Positions 1 through 15,000 of a stretch of DNA of 64,000 bases are shown here, one piece after another. A program made the translations under genes and the position numbers. The stretch is from Balanoglossus misakiensis (taxonomy: Eukaryota; Animalia; Hemichordata). Below the pieces are notes generated by a model that worked only from the letters and a program-made list of their open reading frames with translations, searched no databases and was not told where the DNA came from. The stretch spans positions 10,357,129 through 10,421,128 of the forward strand of contig CM082576.2 of assembly GCA_040954595.2 (NCBI GenBank). Reading direction: 5' to 3'. Each line of letters starts with the position of its first letter. Position 1 is the stretch's first letter.

Positions 1-3000
1 GTCAGATGGACAGCAGGAGGAGTACATCGTGATCCAAATCAGAGATGGACGGCCGTGGTTCTTGTTCGACCCTCAAGGGGGCGCTGTTGCCATCACGCCA
101 TTCAACGACAACGGTAAACTGTACGATGACGGCGAGTGGCACCACATCCGGGTGTTGCGCACTGGAAACTATGGAACCATCACTGTTGATAGATTGTACA
201 CAGGTAGGGAGAAAATGTGTGCTTGATAAATGTGTAATCGTCAGTCTACTATTAAACCCAAAAAAAACGACCCAAAAAATAACCTAGCATTGGTCATAGC
301 ATGCTTTGCCCTAGTCCACTGATGTGCTCAGTCATATATCAGATCTGACGAGGTACAGGTATGCATTACGGTAAAGTCAACGTACAAGACACAACACAAA
401 CACCTGTGTTGTGCAGGATATATACCAACACTTCGGTGCATATTCATAGTATTTCTGCAGGACTGCTATTTCCTTCACCTGCGGCAGTCACATGCTGAGT
501 GGTTGTCAACCGGATCGATCAAATACGTTGCAATGGTAATTGTGTCTAAGTGGTATTCTGGATAATAATAAACTTTTTCCTATGACCCAAGACCCTGCTT
601 GTTCATGTTCTGGTTAACAATATGCCTCCATTTTCAGGTACTGGAATGTCGCCAACTTCATCGCAGGTGATTGGACAAACGACTGGTGTGTACGTAGGTG
701 GGCTACCCGATGACTTCACGCTGGTCAGATCTGACGTCGGAAACACTGAAGTCATCCGACAGGGTTTTGTCGGCTGCGTGAGAAACGTCAGGATAAAGAA
801 ACAGCACACGCCGACAGAGGTGTGGGAAGATCTGGACTGGGATGCCGCTGTGTCGAGTTCTCACGTTTTCCCAACAATGGAAGGATGTCCAACGGAACTA
901 CAGAGTGGTATTCAGTTCCTGGGCAGAGGTAAGAGCAGATTTTATGTCAGTATCAAATACTTATTGAATTAAAGCCTCTCTTGGAGAGTTATTGATCTGT
1001 ATATGTACCGCAAGACCATTGAATTTGTCTCTTTCCACAGTGTTACACTTAGAATAGCTTTTCATTTATTTGAGATTTTGCAACTTGACTCAGTCAAAAG
1101 ACTTAAATTTAACAGCACACAAAATTTCAATGTCGCCACCCTACAATATCACACTGAGTGTTATTCAAACCTGGCTTCAGACAAAATCCTCATGGATGCT
1201 TCATATTTTGCCACAAATGGTTAATTCTATGTTGTTTTGTGCACACAGGTTATGCTGTTCTACCAGCGGGTCTGTTCACTGGTGGATCCAGCTTCTCTAT
1301 CATGTTTGATTTCCGTACTGAGCTCAACTCGGGGACGATGTTTGTTGGCACGGGAACTGCTGGTTCATTCATGCTCGTTGAATTAGTCAATGGCAACATC
1401 AGAGTAAGTGTGAATTTATTAACATGACATTGAGTGTTGGGTATCTTCTTATCATTGGGTTACAACATCAAAGTCTTTGATATTCACGTTTTTGTTTGTG
1501 TGAAGATATTCAACTCTGGTTGGAATATCACTAGACTAGTGCTAGTACATGTACTGGAATTTAGACTACTGTGGTCCTGATTGTTCAACAAGCTTCTTGC
1601 AGTCATTTACTCCGATTACAACCATGTGTTGCTTTCTGGTCTACTAGTATAGTCTATAGTCCAGCTGAGCCCTGAAGTTTGCATGCATGGAGCAGTTAGC
1701 TCATTCTTTTCTCACTCTCAACATATTAAACATGTGCAACTTCGTCATAACATGTGCCGACTTTTTTTCCTTCTCCAGTGGCAGATTTATTCAGGAAGTG
1801 GCATTCCATCAGTGGTCACTCTGCAAGTCGCCGGCGGAATTCTCTGCAATGGACAGTGGGTCACCATGACTTTGAGTAAAACCACCAGTCAGATGTCAAT
1901 CAACATGATGAATGGGCCCGCCCAGGTGGCTACAGTCAACACTGGCGCCTTGCAGATCTTGTCTGAGTTGTACGTGGGTGGCTTGGCCCAGCAGTCGGAC
2001 TCGGCTAGAATACTGGACAATGCTGCAGTGACAGTTCAACCAGGTATGTGATGCTGCATAAGCTTTGCAAATGAATTGCTCAGTACAGTGTATTTGAATG
2101 CATTTCTTTAAGCATGCATTAGCTCACGTACCCGTTGTTCATTTCTGTATTCTGTTGATGGCATCTCATGAGACGATCTCATTTCATTTTAGGTTTTGGT
2201 GGATGCATGAAAAACCTGCGCATCAATAGTGGCACAGCTGTAGACTTCCTCGACCAGGCAACTGACATCGTCAATGTGAACTTGGATGGATGTCCGCCCA
2301 CCGTTACATCGTCCTCAACGTGCATGTCTCCAGAGATATCCACTGTCTATGAAGGCATGGACCTGTCATTGTACGACATGGGACTTCAAGTTTATACTGG
2401 TATGTTTCAGGCATTCACAGACTTCACTTATAAAATGTGCCATATGCTTTGTTAGAGAGTTAAACATTCAACCCCAATCTGTTCTTATTTACAGAGTACA
2501 TCTATCGTGTGGTGTCCAGAAACAACCAGGGCAGTGCGACCAGTGAGTGGTCAGCTGGCAGAACAAAGGAAGGAGGTAAATGTCCGAAATGCAGCCAGTG
2601 GTTGGTTGTTTGAATCCAAACCACACCTCCTGGACCAGTAGATGTGGCAGCAAATGATCCTGTTGCTGCTGAATTTTTGCAGTGATTTTATGACACTGGA
2701 TGCCATATTATTGCAATTAAAGAGAAGCAAACTTAAAATACTGTTTTTTTACAGACATATTGAGTTTGTAGTGAAAAAGGTCACAGTGCTTTTGGGGAGA
2801 AATAAAAAATACTAATGCCAAATATGTCTCGGCTAATGGGCTTTTTTTTGTATTGTCAGCTCCAACTGGTATGTCTGCCCCAACGGATCCACAGTCCGTA
2901 TCAGGATATGTCATTCAGGTGAATTGGCAACAGCCCAGTGGCAATAGTGGTGTCATTACACAGTATGTGTTGACAGCGTACAACCTGGATGACCCCTCAG

Positions 3001-6000
3001 TTGCACCAGTGACGTCTACCTATACAGATACATCATCAACAGAATACACTGGTGAGTCAAAATCCAAAGGCTTCAAAACAGGATGGATGGTATAGTTTGA
3101 CAGAGGGTTTAATCTCTTTATGTCAAATATAAGCCATTTTTGCGTTAAGAATTTTGGCTGTCAAAAAACAGTAATATGATCGCCCATGGAGAATAACAAA
3201 GAAAATGTCACAGCAATATCTGCTTTCTACTTTCAGGTAACATCACTGGTGTTGTACCGTATACAAATTACGGAGTGACCGTGATGGCGTGCACCGATGG
3301 TGGCTGTATGGAGAGTAGCGGTGTTAACATACAGACTAGTCAGGAAGGTAAACAAGATGGTCTTACTCTATGTGTCACTTCAAAATGAAATTGTACCTAT
3401 AATAATTGGTACAGAATACTTAAATTGTACACTCAGTGGGTGGTTGGTGTGTTGATATATCAGAAAGCTGGTGTGTTTGTAAAACTGGGTGGCCAGCTTG
3501 TCCTTTGTTGTTAATACTCCAGTACAGAAGACACAAGTTCACACTAAATTAGGCATTTTCCTACGTTTTTACAATCTAGAAAACTGAAACCCCGAGAACT
3601 AATTCACTCAGCTCAAACTAATTTTCCTCACTTCTTCCTGGCAGCTCCCATGGATGTACAGGCTCCCATTGCCGTAGCAAGACTGCCAACGTCTCTGACG
3701 CTGGGCTGGTCTGAACCTGGCCAGCCCAATGGAATCATCACCGGCTATGCTCTGTACATGGAGAATGGGTTGATCTACAGTGGCAATGAGATGGCCTTCA
3801 CCGTGACTGGACTTAGTGTCTATACAAGTTATCAGTTCAGACTTACTGGTAAGGTTGCCAGTTCAGGTTATCTTCACAAATGCAGTAATGTTTGCCTTGA
3901 TTGGAAATATTAATTACTGAGTTTGATTTTCAAACTGTATTTAACAAATATTATGCCTAGTCTTGTGTTATTTACAAAAATTGTTAATTTTTTCCTTGTT
4001 CTACAATATTTATATTTCAGCTTGTACTCAAGTTGGCTGCACTGACAGTGAAGCCGTGTCCATCTCAACCAGCCAACTGCCACCCAGCTCCATCGACCCA
4101 CCAACCCTGTTTGTTGAAGGACCACGTACAATCGGAGTGGCATGGACAGGCCCAAGTCAGATGAACGGAGTTCTCGAGAGCTACGTGATTTACGTGTCAA
4201 CAGACAGCAGTCAGTTTGGGGAGGTCATGTATAATTCAACAGCCATTGTTATCACCCAGTATACCTTGCAAGATTTAGTGCCAGGAACCACGTACTACGT
4301 CCGGATTTCTGTGAGTTTCGCCTTTTTCTCTCTAACTGCTTGCTGCATGCTGTAGATCCTATCAGTGGCTAAAATTCTGATATGCTGCAATAAAATTTAC
4401 AACACCTACTGACATGGAGATATAAATGTTTCATGATTTGACGGTCATACGACAAACTTCTGTGATTATCAATTTCTGCAAGTTCTCAACATCAGCCAGC
4501 ATACGCTCCTCTGTGCCATAATGTTTGAAGTGCACTTGTTTCCCTTCTCATTTCTTCAAACTGAGCTCATGAAAGATGTCAAAGCAATTTAGCTCATGTC
4601 TAGTTTATACCCCATTTCAATGCATGTCCGGACAGTCCCAGAAAATAAAACTACATGACTGTACATGGTTTGTCGTCTGAATGCTCTCTCTGTTTTCTTC
4701 AAGGCCTGCACTTCCGGTGGTTGTGTGACAAGCAGTGCCAGCACCGCCACAACTGTGGAGGATACACCAGAGGGGGTACCGGCACCTACTGTAATACCCC
4801 TGTCTCCATTTTCTCTATCTGTAACTTGGTCCACCCCCGAAACTCCAAATGGTAAGTCGATGCTCTTTATAATCTTATGTCATATCGCGATCTCCAAAAT
4901 TGGTTGTGTGTGTGCTGGGTAGTTGCAACATTACTACTGATGTGGATTCATCCTAAAGTTGCAAGTTGGTGATGTATAAATAGTGTGATACGTTCATTTT
5001 GTTGCATGCATTATAGAGTTGACCATTAAAACGCAATCTAATATGACTTTTCATTGTTCAGGAGTCATAACAGGTTACTCGCTGTACCAGAATGGCGTCA
5101 TCGTCCAGACCGGTATGTCCACAAGCTACGCCGCCACCGGCCTCACACCTTGGAGTCTCCATACATTCCGCGTCGAGGCGTGCACCAACCGAGGATGCAC
5201 AGTCGGACCGGCCACGGAGGCTCGCACGGAAGAAGCGCCCCCAATCGGGGCCATCTCTGTGTCCGTGAACATCATTGATGCAGAGAGGGTGAGTGCTGTG
5301 TGGAGTTCACCAAGCCAGCCCAACGGGTTCATCATATATGAGGTGCTCTTCACAGGGCTATTCTACGTGTCACCAGGTAATTCTCGTTTGGTTTTTAGAA
5401 ATAAAAATATAAAACTTACCACTTGACTTAACTTTCATATCTGGGATATTCTATTTTATTGGTTTCATGCTGAATTATTAATAAATATTGGATTCCTTTC
5501 ACCATGAGGCTTAAAGGTTTAACTTTATTTTTATCGGCTGTGACTTGTTTTGAAGCGCATGAAAACAGAATGGAAGACCAGGAGTTGGAAAAGATTGATT
5601 TGTCAACGCTTAATTTAGCACATTGAGGTTGCCAATATGGTGTCTCAGTTACAAACATTGCCAGCTTTGTCCTGTGAACCATGTGATTAATATGTTGTGA
5701 TCACACAATCTGTTGGTTGCTGAAAATAGCAATGATGTAATTGTTATGGTCCTGTGAACCATGTGGCCATGTAGCTGCTGTTGCCGTGTGAACCACACAG
5801 TCTTTTGGCTACTCAAAATAGCAATGATGTGATTGATGTTTATAGTTTAAATAAAGATGGATTTAATATTTTTAATACTTCCGAGAGCCATTGTATTGTG
5901 TAGCCAAAGTAGGTCAAAGCTCTTTTTGTTTATTTTGAAACAATAATAGCTACCAATACACCATGTGTATGTTGTCTTTGGAAAGTTGTCTTAGACTAAT

Positions 6001-9000
6001 TTTTTATATATTCATAGCTTTATCAGCATATTAATTACATATTTGCATTTTCATTATTTTTTGCAGTTGATTTCATCTGTGTTCATAACAAAAGTGCAGT
6101 CAGTTTATTTTGACATACATGTAGCAGATGGTAGATTAATTTCTGACGATGTTTTATTGGGGATGCGTTTTGATTCAAATCTGGTACCACTTTGTGTCCA
6201 TTGCAGAAACTGGGAACTATGGGACGGTGTCGGAAACGAGAGTGCTGTACAATGGCACAGATGCCAACACCCAGGTCATCATAACTGGAATGCTGCCATA
6301 TACGAATTATAACGTCCAGGTTAGGGCGTACAACACCAAGGGATCTTTGTTGAGCGTTGTGCAGTCTATCAATATGCCTGCATCAGGTGTGTTCATTATG
6401 CATTGCATCATGTTTATTTTCTGAAGGAAAACGGAGTCCAGGATGAGCATCTGTTTGTTTTTGTTTTGTTTTGGGCTCTCGCATTGTGAAATAAATATGA
6501 GCATTACAGAAATAAGTAAAACATTGAAATATGCCAATAAGCAATGTGGATACACTATTCCATTGTGATTTGCATGAAATGCTTACGTTGTGTGAATCAT
6601 TTCAAAGTGTCCATTAAAAATTCTCTGATATTTTAGCTTATTAGTAAAACATTATTTTGTTTTCATTATTTAAAAACCCAAAGGAAAACAAGTACTGCTT
6701 CACAAATTTTGAGAAGCTATCGGAGAACAAGATCATTGATCTTTTCTTGAGATTGTGTGTGCAGTGTGATGTATGTTTAGCTATGTAATTGTTTTGTACC
6801 AGAGTGAGAATATAAAGTTGAAGATATTCTGAATACTTTATTTTTCTGGCATTGATAGGACCGGATGGTGTCTTTCCTCCAGCCCTAACACCACTGAGTC
6901 CAACGTCCATTCAAGTCACGTGGCAGGCACCGGCCAGAAATAATGCACCAGGACAACCAGTGTACCAGGTTGTGTACAGACCAGCTGACAGGCCAGATCT
7001 TGAACAGAGGTGAGGAATAGAACTTGTGGAGAATACAGAAATCGAGAATATTTAGTGTTTATGATTATCCAGAAAGTACTGTATTTATAGTAATGTCATT
7101 GTCTTGCCTGAACTCTGTACAACAAATGTACACAAGTGTGTGAATGGATAAAATTATAAGAGAAAGTCACTTATTTTCTCTCAAAAAATTAAAATTTTCA
7201 TGTTTTAAAATATTCACTTTCACTTGTTTTTAAATAAATCATTAGTCGTCATTATTGCCAATGATTTAAATTGCAGACTACAGTAATTTTGATCGGTAAG
7301 TGTCTTTGAAAACTATTTCATGCTTCCCAGTCTCACTGTCCAACTCATCATTATGATTGTGTACTCTACTAATGATCAGTTTATTTTTTCATCCTTTCAC
7401 CCTATGGCAGTCTCTTCAACAATCCAGTGAGTTCAACCAGCTACACAGTGACTGGTCTCACACCATACACTGAATACCAGTTCAGACTGATCGTCAGCAA
7501 TACTTTTGGCTTTACTCAGAGTGATTGGAATTCTGTCTACACTTTGGAGGAGAGTGAGTATATCACTGTTTTGTCTGTACAAAATTCTGAACATTGGATA
7601 TGAAATGCTATATAAATACTCGGTAGTATAACTTCGGGTATTAAATTATGTCATCAAGTATTTTCCCACCAAATCACAGTTGCCATCTGAAGTATTTTAT
7701 TAAATGCGGTTTGTTGATATCCAGTCACGGTGTTTAATATTAAATGGTGTTTCGGATACATTAAAGCACTCAGCATGCCATAGTATATCCATAAAATTAA
7801 AGTCTTAAATAGGGACACATACATGTATGTCCTCACTGAATGCATATGGTTTGTTTTGCATGAAAAATAATTGAATAGTTGGTAATGAGAAATAATTTCT
7901 TCTGAAGAATAAAGATGGATGTCCATATCCTACAGAAGTTAAAATAAGTGAACAAAAGTGCAACATAGGATATCACCGAATAGTTTAAATATTATCAATA
8001 AATTTGAAGTGGCTAATTTAGGCTGGTGGATTAAACGGGAAAATAGCATGCAAATGGTTCAAGCAATTTCCTGCATTATATTTGAGCTTGTTGTTTCTGG
8101 GGAGTTCATGGTTGTGGGAATCGGCATCAACAACTAGGGTGTCTCTGTTCTGTGGTTGCTGAACTGTTATTAACTCTGTTTTGAATCTTGACTGCACACT
8201 TCTCTTGGCACCGTTCATCTAGGAAATGAAACCAGTAAGTCACCTGGAGACCAGTTGTATCAACTCTTGTTACGGATCGGTGTAATTCTCGATGATTTTA
8301 AACTTAATCTTTTCAAAATCAGCATGGAGGGAAAATGTACCATAACTGGCATCTGCATGTCACGTTGTTTTGTGATACGATCAAATATGGCTGATATATG
8401 CATTCGTACTGGGATTGATTTCTGTCAGCAGTGACATCAGAAATTCCAAGAAATATTGTTTCATGTTATTCCCTTCCTCAAATGAATGTTATCTTCTGTG
8501 AAATCCATGCGTTCTTAATTTCAAGCAATACCAGAAATCAGGACAGATAACAACAGTGAAATAATATACAAACTACATTTGCCTGTAATTGCAGAACCTG
8601 GCCCTGTTGATCCACCCATGGGACAAGTGCTTGGTCCCTACAGCATTTTAGTTGTGTGGGAGGAAGTAGCTGAGCCAAACGGAGTGATTGTGCAAGTCAA
8701 CCTCTATCAGAATGATGTACTGAGAATCAACGTAAGTATTATATTACCAGATGAAAATGATCAAGAAGGGGAAACAAATTTGGAAGACACATGCAAGGAC
8801 TGTCATAAGGTCATTTCTCAATTTGTGGCCAACTGCATACATGTATGTTTAAGATGTGGCAACACCAGGGTGATGCAGATAAACCTCCATTTATGGCAAC
8901 TTTCCACTACACATGCATTACAGTATCTGTATTCTATCTCTAAAAACTGAAAATGTTGTTGTGGTCTCCATCCCACAGTTGCTGGGCAACACCACCAGTT

Positions 9001-12000
9001 ACTTGGCGGATGAGTTGCTGCCAAACAGAGGATACTTCTTCCGCATTGAAGTCTGCAACTCATTTGGATGTTCAGAGAGTTCCAATTCCCCAACCTACAC
9101 CACCCAACCTACAGGTAATCTTCTGAACTTCATTTATTGTATCATCAGTACTAAAACTGCTATGTTGACATCTTGCAAAGTTCTTACATATGAAACGTTG
9201 TTTCGACATTCACACATGTTAACTTATTATATATATAATACAAAAATCATTGGTATGTTTAACAGTATTTAACTCAATTGTCCAATCCATGAACCCCCCC
9301 CCCCCCCCTCTGCACACCAGCATTCTAACGAGTTTGATGTGTCCATTTCCTTTAAAACAGCACCGGGTGGACTCTCTCCCCCCACCCTACTCTCAGAAAC
9401 CCCCACCTCCATCCTCATCACGTGGTCGCCCCCGCAGTACCCCAACGGCGTCCTGCAGAGCTATGAGGTGGAGCGTCGGTTGTTGGGCACCAACACCCTG
9501 ACGACCGTCACCATAGTTCCTGCCTCCGCCCAGCGCCTGTTTGTGGACCAGTCGGCGGCCATAACTCCCTACACTACATATGAGTATAGGGTTACTGCCA
9601 AGAGCAGTGCAGGTAGCACTGCCAGTGACTGGGCGCATATTACAACGAAACAAGCACGTGAGTATCGTATGTCCTATCCTGGGTCTTTACACTAGGTGTA
9701 ATCCCGGCAGGAAACTGCTTCTGATACAAATGTACATGTATTCATAAATTTGCCACTGGAATGGGCTTTTTAGAAGAAAAATTATACTACACTCACAAAC
9801 ATTCACCTTGTTTTGGAATGACAATAATTCACGTCTATCTTCTAACTTGAACAGAGGATTTGGTGGCCATTTTGAATTTAAATACATGTATTGGCAGATG
9901 GTACATGTAGGTTTGGTATTCTTTATGATTATAAGGATTGGTATTTCATTACATGTGTGTATGTTCTACAACTGAGGTGGATGTTCATTCATTCATTCAT
10001 TCATTCACAGCTCCTGGGGGACTGGCCACTCCGCAAGTTGAAGTTGTGAGCAGCACTTCCATCCGTGTCACTTGGCAGCCGCCAGTCCAACCCAATGGCG
10101 AAATCATCAGCTACGCCATCCGACTACCAAATCCAAGAATCTTCATCGACAACACCACCTTGACAGAGTATATTGTGGAAGATCTTGTACCGTATACTCA
10201 GTATTCAAGTAAGTTCATCAGATTTGTCTGTACCAAATCATGAAATGATGGACTTGAATTGCTAAAATGTAGCATATTTTTCAGCTGTAACTGATCATTC
10301 ATATGATTGCATATCTCGTTCTTTCAGTAACTCTGCAGGCCTGTACTGGAGGTGGGTGCAGTGAGAGCGATCCCGTCGCCATAACAACCCACGCTGACTT
10401 GCCCTCTGGTGTAGAACCGCCCCAAGCAACGGCCATCACTCAGAATTACATCTCGGTGTTGTGGTCGCCCCCGGCCAGACCGAATGGACCGGACGTCAGG
10501 TACGAGCTGTCCAGGATGAAGATCAGGCAACCTTTGGCCACTGGTAAGTCAGCTGATTGGTGGGTATCATTTGCAGGCAAAGGCTGATGCCACCCTGCAT
10601 TCACTTCTGGAAATCCTGGCTCTTCAAACCATTCCTAGAAAGTCCTCCGTCATTTTAAATTGATTGTTGGTAAAATCTTGGAAAGTTGATTTGGCTATCC
10701 ATACTGGCACAAAAAATTACCTTATATATTGAATTAGATCTTGAGTTCAGTACAGTAACTGTAAATATAAAAGATTACAGTTGCATTATTTTTTGTTTTC
10801 TCAAGCCTTAAAAGGATGTTCCTTCTTTTACTCATTAAAAAGGTCCAGTGTTTGGGATAGGATTTTGGGAAATGATCTACTCCGGTGTGGACACGGCGTA
10901 TCAAGACTTGGGCTTGTCTGTGTACACCACCTACCAGTACAGCGTCACAGTCTACAATAGCGTCGGTCAGTTGACGTCCGAACCGTCTCGGGAAGTGACA
11001 ACATTGGCCGGAGTGCCCACTGTCCCTGGCATCATCACAGCCACTGCCCAGGATCATACGTCGGTGTATTTGGAGTGGACAACACCAAGTGAGTTTCTGG
11101 CATTAGATAAGTGGTGTATAAAGAGAGGAACCGTCAAACATAGATTTCAATGTTAGCAGTGAGCATGTTATAAGGGTTCTCCAATGAATGACCAATATGG
11201 TACCCTTCATCTACTCACTAGCTTCTGTGAAACCACTAAACAGTTATTGTTGAGTGAACACGTTTTGCGTGGATTAAAACACTCAGATCTTCAGCTGACG
11301 GTCACCAATGCTAACAAAATGATCTTTATTTGGATTTCAGGTGAACAGGAACTGCAAGGATCTGTGATGCAGTATTACATCTCGTACAGTAATTCCCCTG
11401 GTGTGTTCCTACATGAGAGCTATCCGCCCGATACCCAGAATGCCACCATCTCGTCACTCACACCCAATTCCTACTACGAGTTCCGACTGACCATCGACAA
11501 TGGAGCGTACAACATCACTAGCGCACCAGCATTTGCTGAAACAGACGATGGAGGTATGGAAAAGTGGTGTAGCCTGCAGAACTAAAATCCAATATCTATA
11601 GAAACCAGCCATGTGGCCATAAAGTTGAAGACCTTTTTTATCAAACAGAAAATTTATTGAATTTGTTAAGTTAAAAAAAAAATGACTTGAATTATTCTAT
11701 ATCTATATATTAATGAAAATGATGAAAAAAAACAAGGATGTGCCTTTAATACACTATTGGTGCAAACACTTCACGTTGATATGTTGATGTTACAGTTGTG
11801 TTGATCGTACAATCTGTTGGTTACCTAAAATAGCAATGATGTAATTGTTAAACATTGCCAGCGTGATCCTGTGTGTGTTCATGGAATTTCATCATCTACA
11901 AACCAAACTCTTTTGTGCACAGAAGAGGAGCGAGTATTGAAATGAGATAGATAATATGTGGACTGATATTTTGCAAAAGATCGAACAGTGTGTACAATTA

Positions 12001-15000
12001 TAACAGGCTGTCAATCTTTATAGCGCGTAAAAGTGGGTTTTGATGATTTTGAAACTTCAAAATAAACAATGTCTACCGGTAGTTCTCCGATTTGTGAAGT
12101 TGAACACAATATGTTGTGAAAAAAATTACCCCACACTGCCCAACATACTATGAAGAGCTGCACAAAATGAGTGACAGTGTGTATGAAACTAATCTAAACG
12201 ACCTACAAAAGTGTGTCTTTTATCCTTACATGATGTTCTCTTTTTCCCCCTGGACAGCACCCAGTGGTTTTGCTGCCCCTATCGTCTATCCCATCAGCAG
12301 CACGTCATTCCGAGTTGTTTGGCAACCGCCAAGCTCTCCAAACGGGGAAATTCTATACTACCGAGTCTATCTGGATGGCAGTGAGATTACCACCCAGGAC
12401 AGCAGTATCAATTCATTCATCGTTTATGGGTTGGAACCATACACTGTGTATGATGTTCAGGTAATTGTGGTCTCAGAACATTAGTGGATAATTTGTACTA
12501 AATGTTTTCTAATACCCATTAACTCACTAGGACAAACAATAGTGTGATAGGATTCATTTGTTTGCACATAATGAGCAATATAAAATATGTACCTTCCATT
12601 CCAGGTTGAGATCTGCACCACATTTGGGTGCGTGATGAGCGACACCACCAAAGCCTCCACACAGGAAGCCCCACCAGTCGGTGTGAGCCCACCGGTTGTG
12701 CAAGCCTTAGGATCAGATTCGGTTTCAGTTGAATGGAGCTCTCCATCACAGCCAAACGGCATCATCACCAGGTCTGATATTTACAGGAGAACCGTGCTGC
12801 CATGCGACTCACAGTAAGTATTTTTTGTTGTCTGTGAGTGTGTCAGAGTGAAACTAACAAACAGACGTGTGTCATTATCAACAGTCATCAGAATTGAATT
12901 GTCTTTTTTCTGTGTATAGGTGTGATTTTTAAAAGTTAAGCCCACACTTTCAGTATTGAAAAGTAAACCACACACTTTTGATTTGTATTACAGACCAGAA
13001 AATCCAGACCCATCAGACAACAGTTGTTCTTACATTCAGTGTCGGATAACTGAGAGTCTGTGTGGCACTGAATGCTTCTCCGGCAATAAGGTGAGAGAAT
13101 TGATGTGTTTGTAAAATGTGTTTCACTCAGTGAGACAGGTAGACCAGGCCATGAGCTTCATTACAGTACTCTATATAGAATTCTGTTGTCCTCTATAGAA
13201 ATATGCCAATTTTTCTCATGTGTTCCTGATATACTGATACAGGTATGTTGCAGTGGTACGCTGCATGACTACATAGCCGGCTACGAGTGCTGCGACGGTA
13301 ACTACATCGCCCAGAGAGGCAGCACTTCGGACGTCTGCTGCGGCGGCCAGTTCTACTCGTATCAGGCCGATTACCAGTGTTGTAACGGTCAGTATGTTCA
13401 GGTCCTGGCCGGACAGATTTGCTGCACCGCCACTGGCCAGGACAGTGCCATCATCGGTAACGGCGACGCATGCTGCGCTGGGATTCCCTATGACAGCAAC
13501 GGACCACAGATCTGCTGCAGGGGTGAGTTTCATCTTGCATCTGGCTCCGCCAAAATAAACACAGTGGTTGTTCTTCATGATCCAGTCTTGCCGTTATCGT
13601 TTTATGTTTCCATCTAACATGCACTCATTATACTATCATGGTAACTTTCTCAAGTAGTGTCGGTTTCAGTCTTTGACTTCTTGAGCATCAAGCAAACAAC
13701 CATATTACGAGGTCATCTGTGTTCTCAAAATACCTTAGTCTTGTGAAAGGAGAACTGTTCTCTTCAAAAATATTTGTTCTGTAATCTGTGAATGGACTTG
13801 GCTGGAAAGTTTTACATCCTAATGGCCTCTACTTGTTGTCTTGCAGGAATGTTTTACGACAAATACAACTCCCAATGTTGTGGCGATAGTGTTGTTAGCA
13901 ATGCCATGGTGTGTTGTGAAGATGCCACTACAGGGTCTGCGTATGCACCGGACAATAACAAAGAGTGCTGTGGCACTCAGTATGTTGACCCAACTGTGAC
14001 CTTGTGTTGTGATGGCAACAATGGGTTGAGCAAGGTAAATCTGAATTTTATTATTAACGTTCCTATCATTAAAGCCCCAGTCCAGTTTTGCAAGAGTGTA
14101 ATTCTTGTTACCTGAAAAGTATAATTTTTGTGATCAGCCAGGTTTAATAGTTACATAGCCATGTTTGGTTGTACAATTGTTTTGTTTGTTTTCAGGCTCA
14201 TTCATATCCGTCTGCAGCAGACAAGTTACTTTCCAACGATAAGTGTTGCAGCATGGAGAAGATTGCTGTCTCAATGCAGTGTTGTAACAACATCGGCTAC
14301 GACCCGTCAACTGAGGTCTGTGCTGACCGGGGCACGTTGGGTGCCCAGGGCTGTGGCACTGCAACTGTCTGCCCCATACAACAAGCGGCCACCGCCTTTT
14401 GCGATTCCTGTAACTTTGATCGCAATAATTACATCTGCGGATCCGTGACCGGCTACTATGAGCAGATAACGCCCATCGACCAGACCAACAACAACAACGG
14501 TCTGTGCGCGACCACTCCTATGGTTGTCCATTCAGCTGATGCCAGCACTTTCAGATACACAGGTAAATGTTGAGGATGTTCAGAGATTATCTGTGGCGAT
14601 GTTTGGATTCAATAATAGTGTTGATTTTACCGCCTTCTTGAAAGTGTCAGACAAGTATTCAATCACCTGGATGTTGTTAATAATTGACGCAAATTAAAGC
14701 ACTGAGATGACAAGTTGTAATACATTGTGAAAATAAAGTGATTCAAGCTCAGATGTCATTCATTTTCTTTTTGCCCCCAGATAACGAGTTGTCAGCCTAC
14801 ACCACCTACGAATACTCGGTCTTGGTCGCCAACAGCATTGGCAGCACCCAGAGTGAATACAGCAGAGTTACAACGGACGCGTCAGTACCACAGGGTGTCC
14901 AGCCTCCACAATGGAGTGTCAGTCCAGGACAGTTAGACACAATCTTGTTGTCTTGGAGACCACCTACATCTCCTAATGGTGAGTGACACCACTTGCGTCC

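Noticed and set aside
5650-5836. Spaced direct repeats as a CRISPR-like array
   Set aside because: Only two degenerate units, the intervening sequence is also similar, no cas genes, animal intron.
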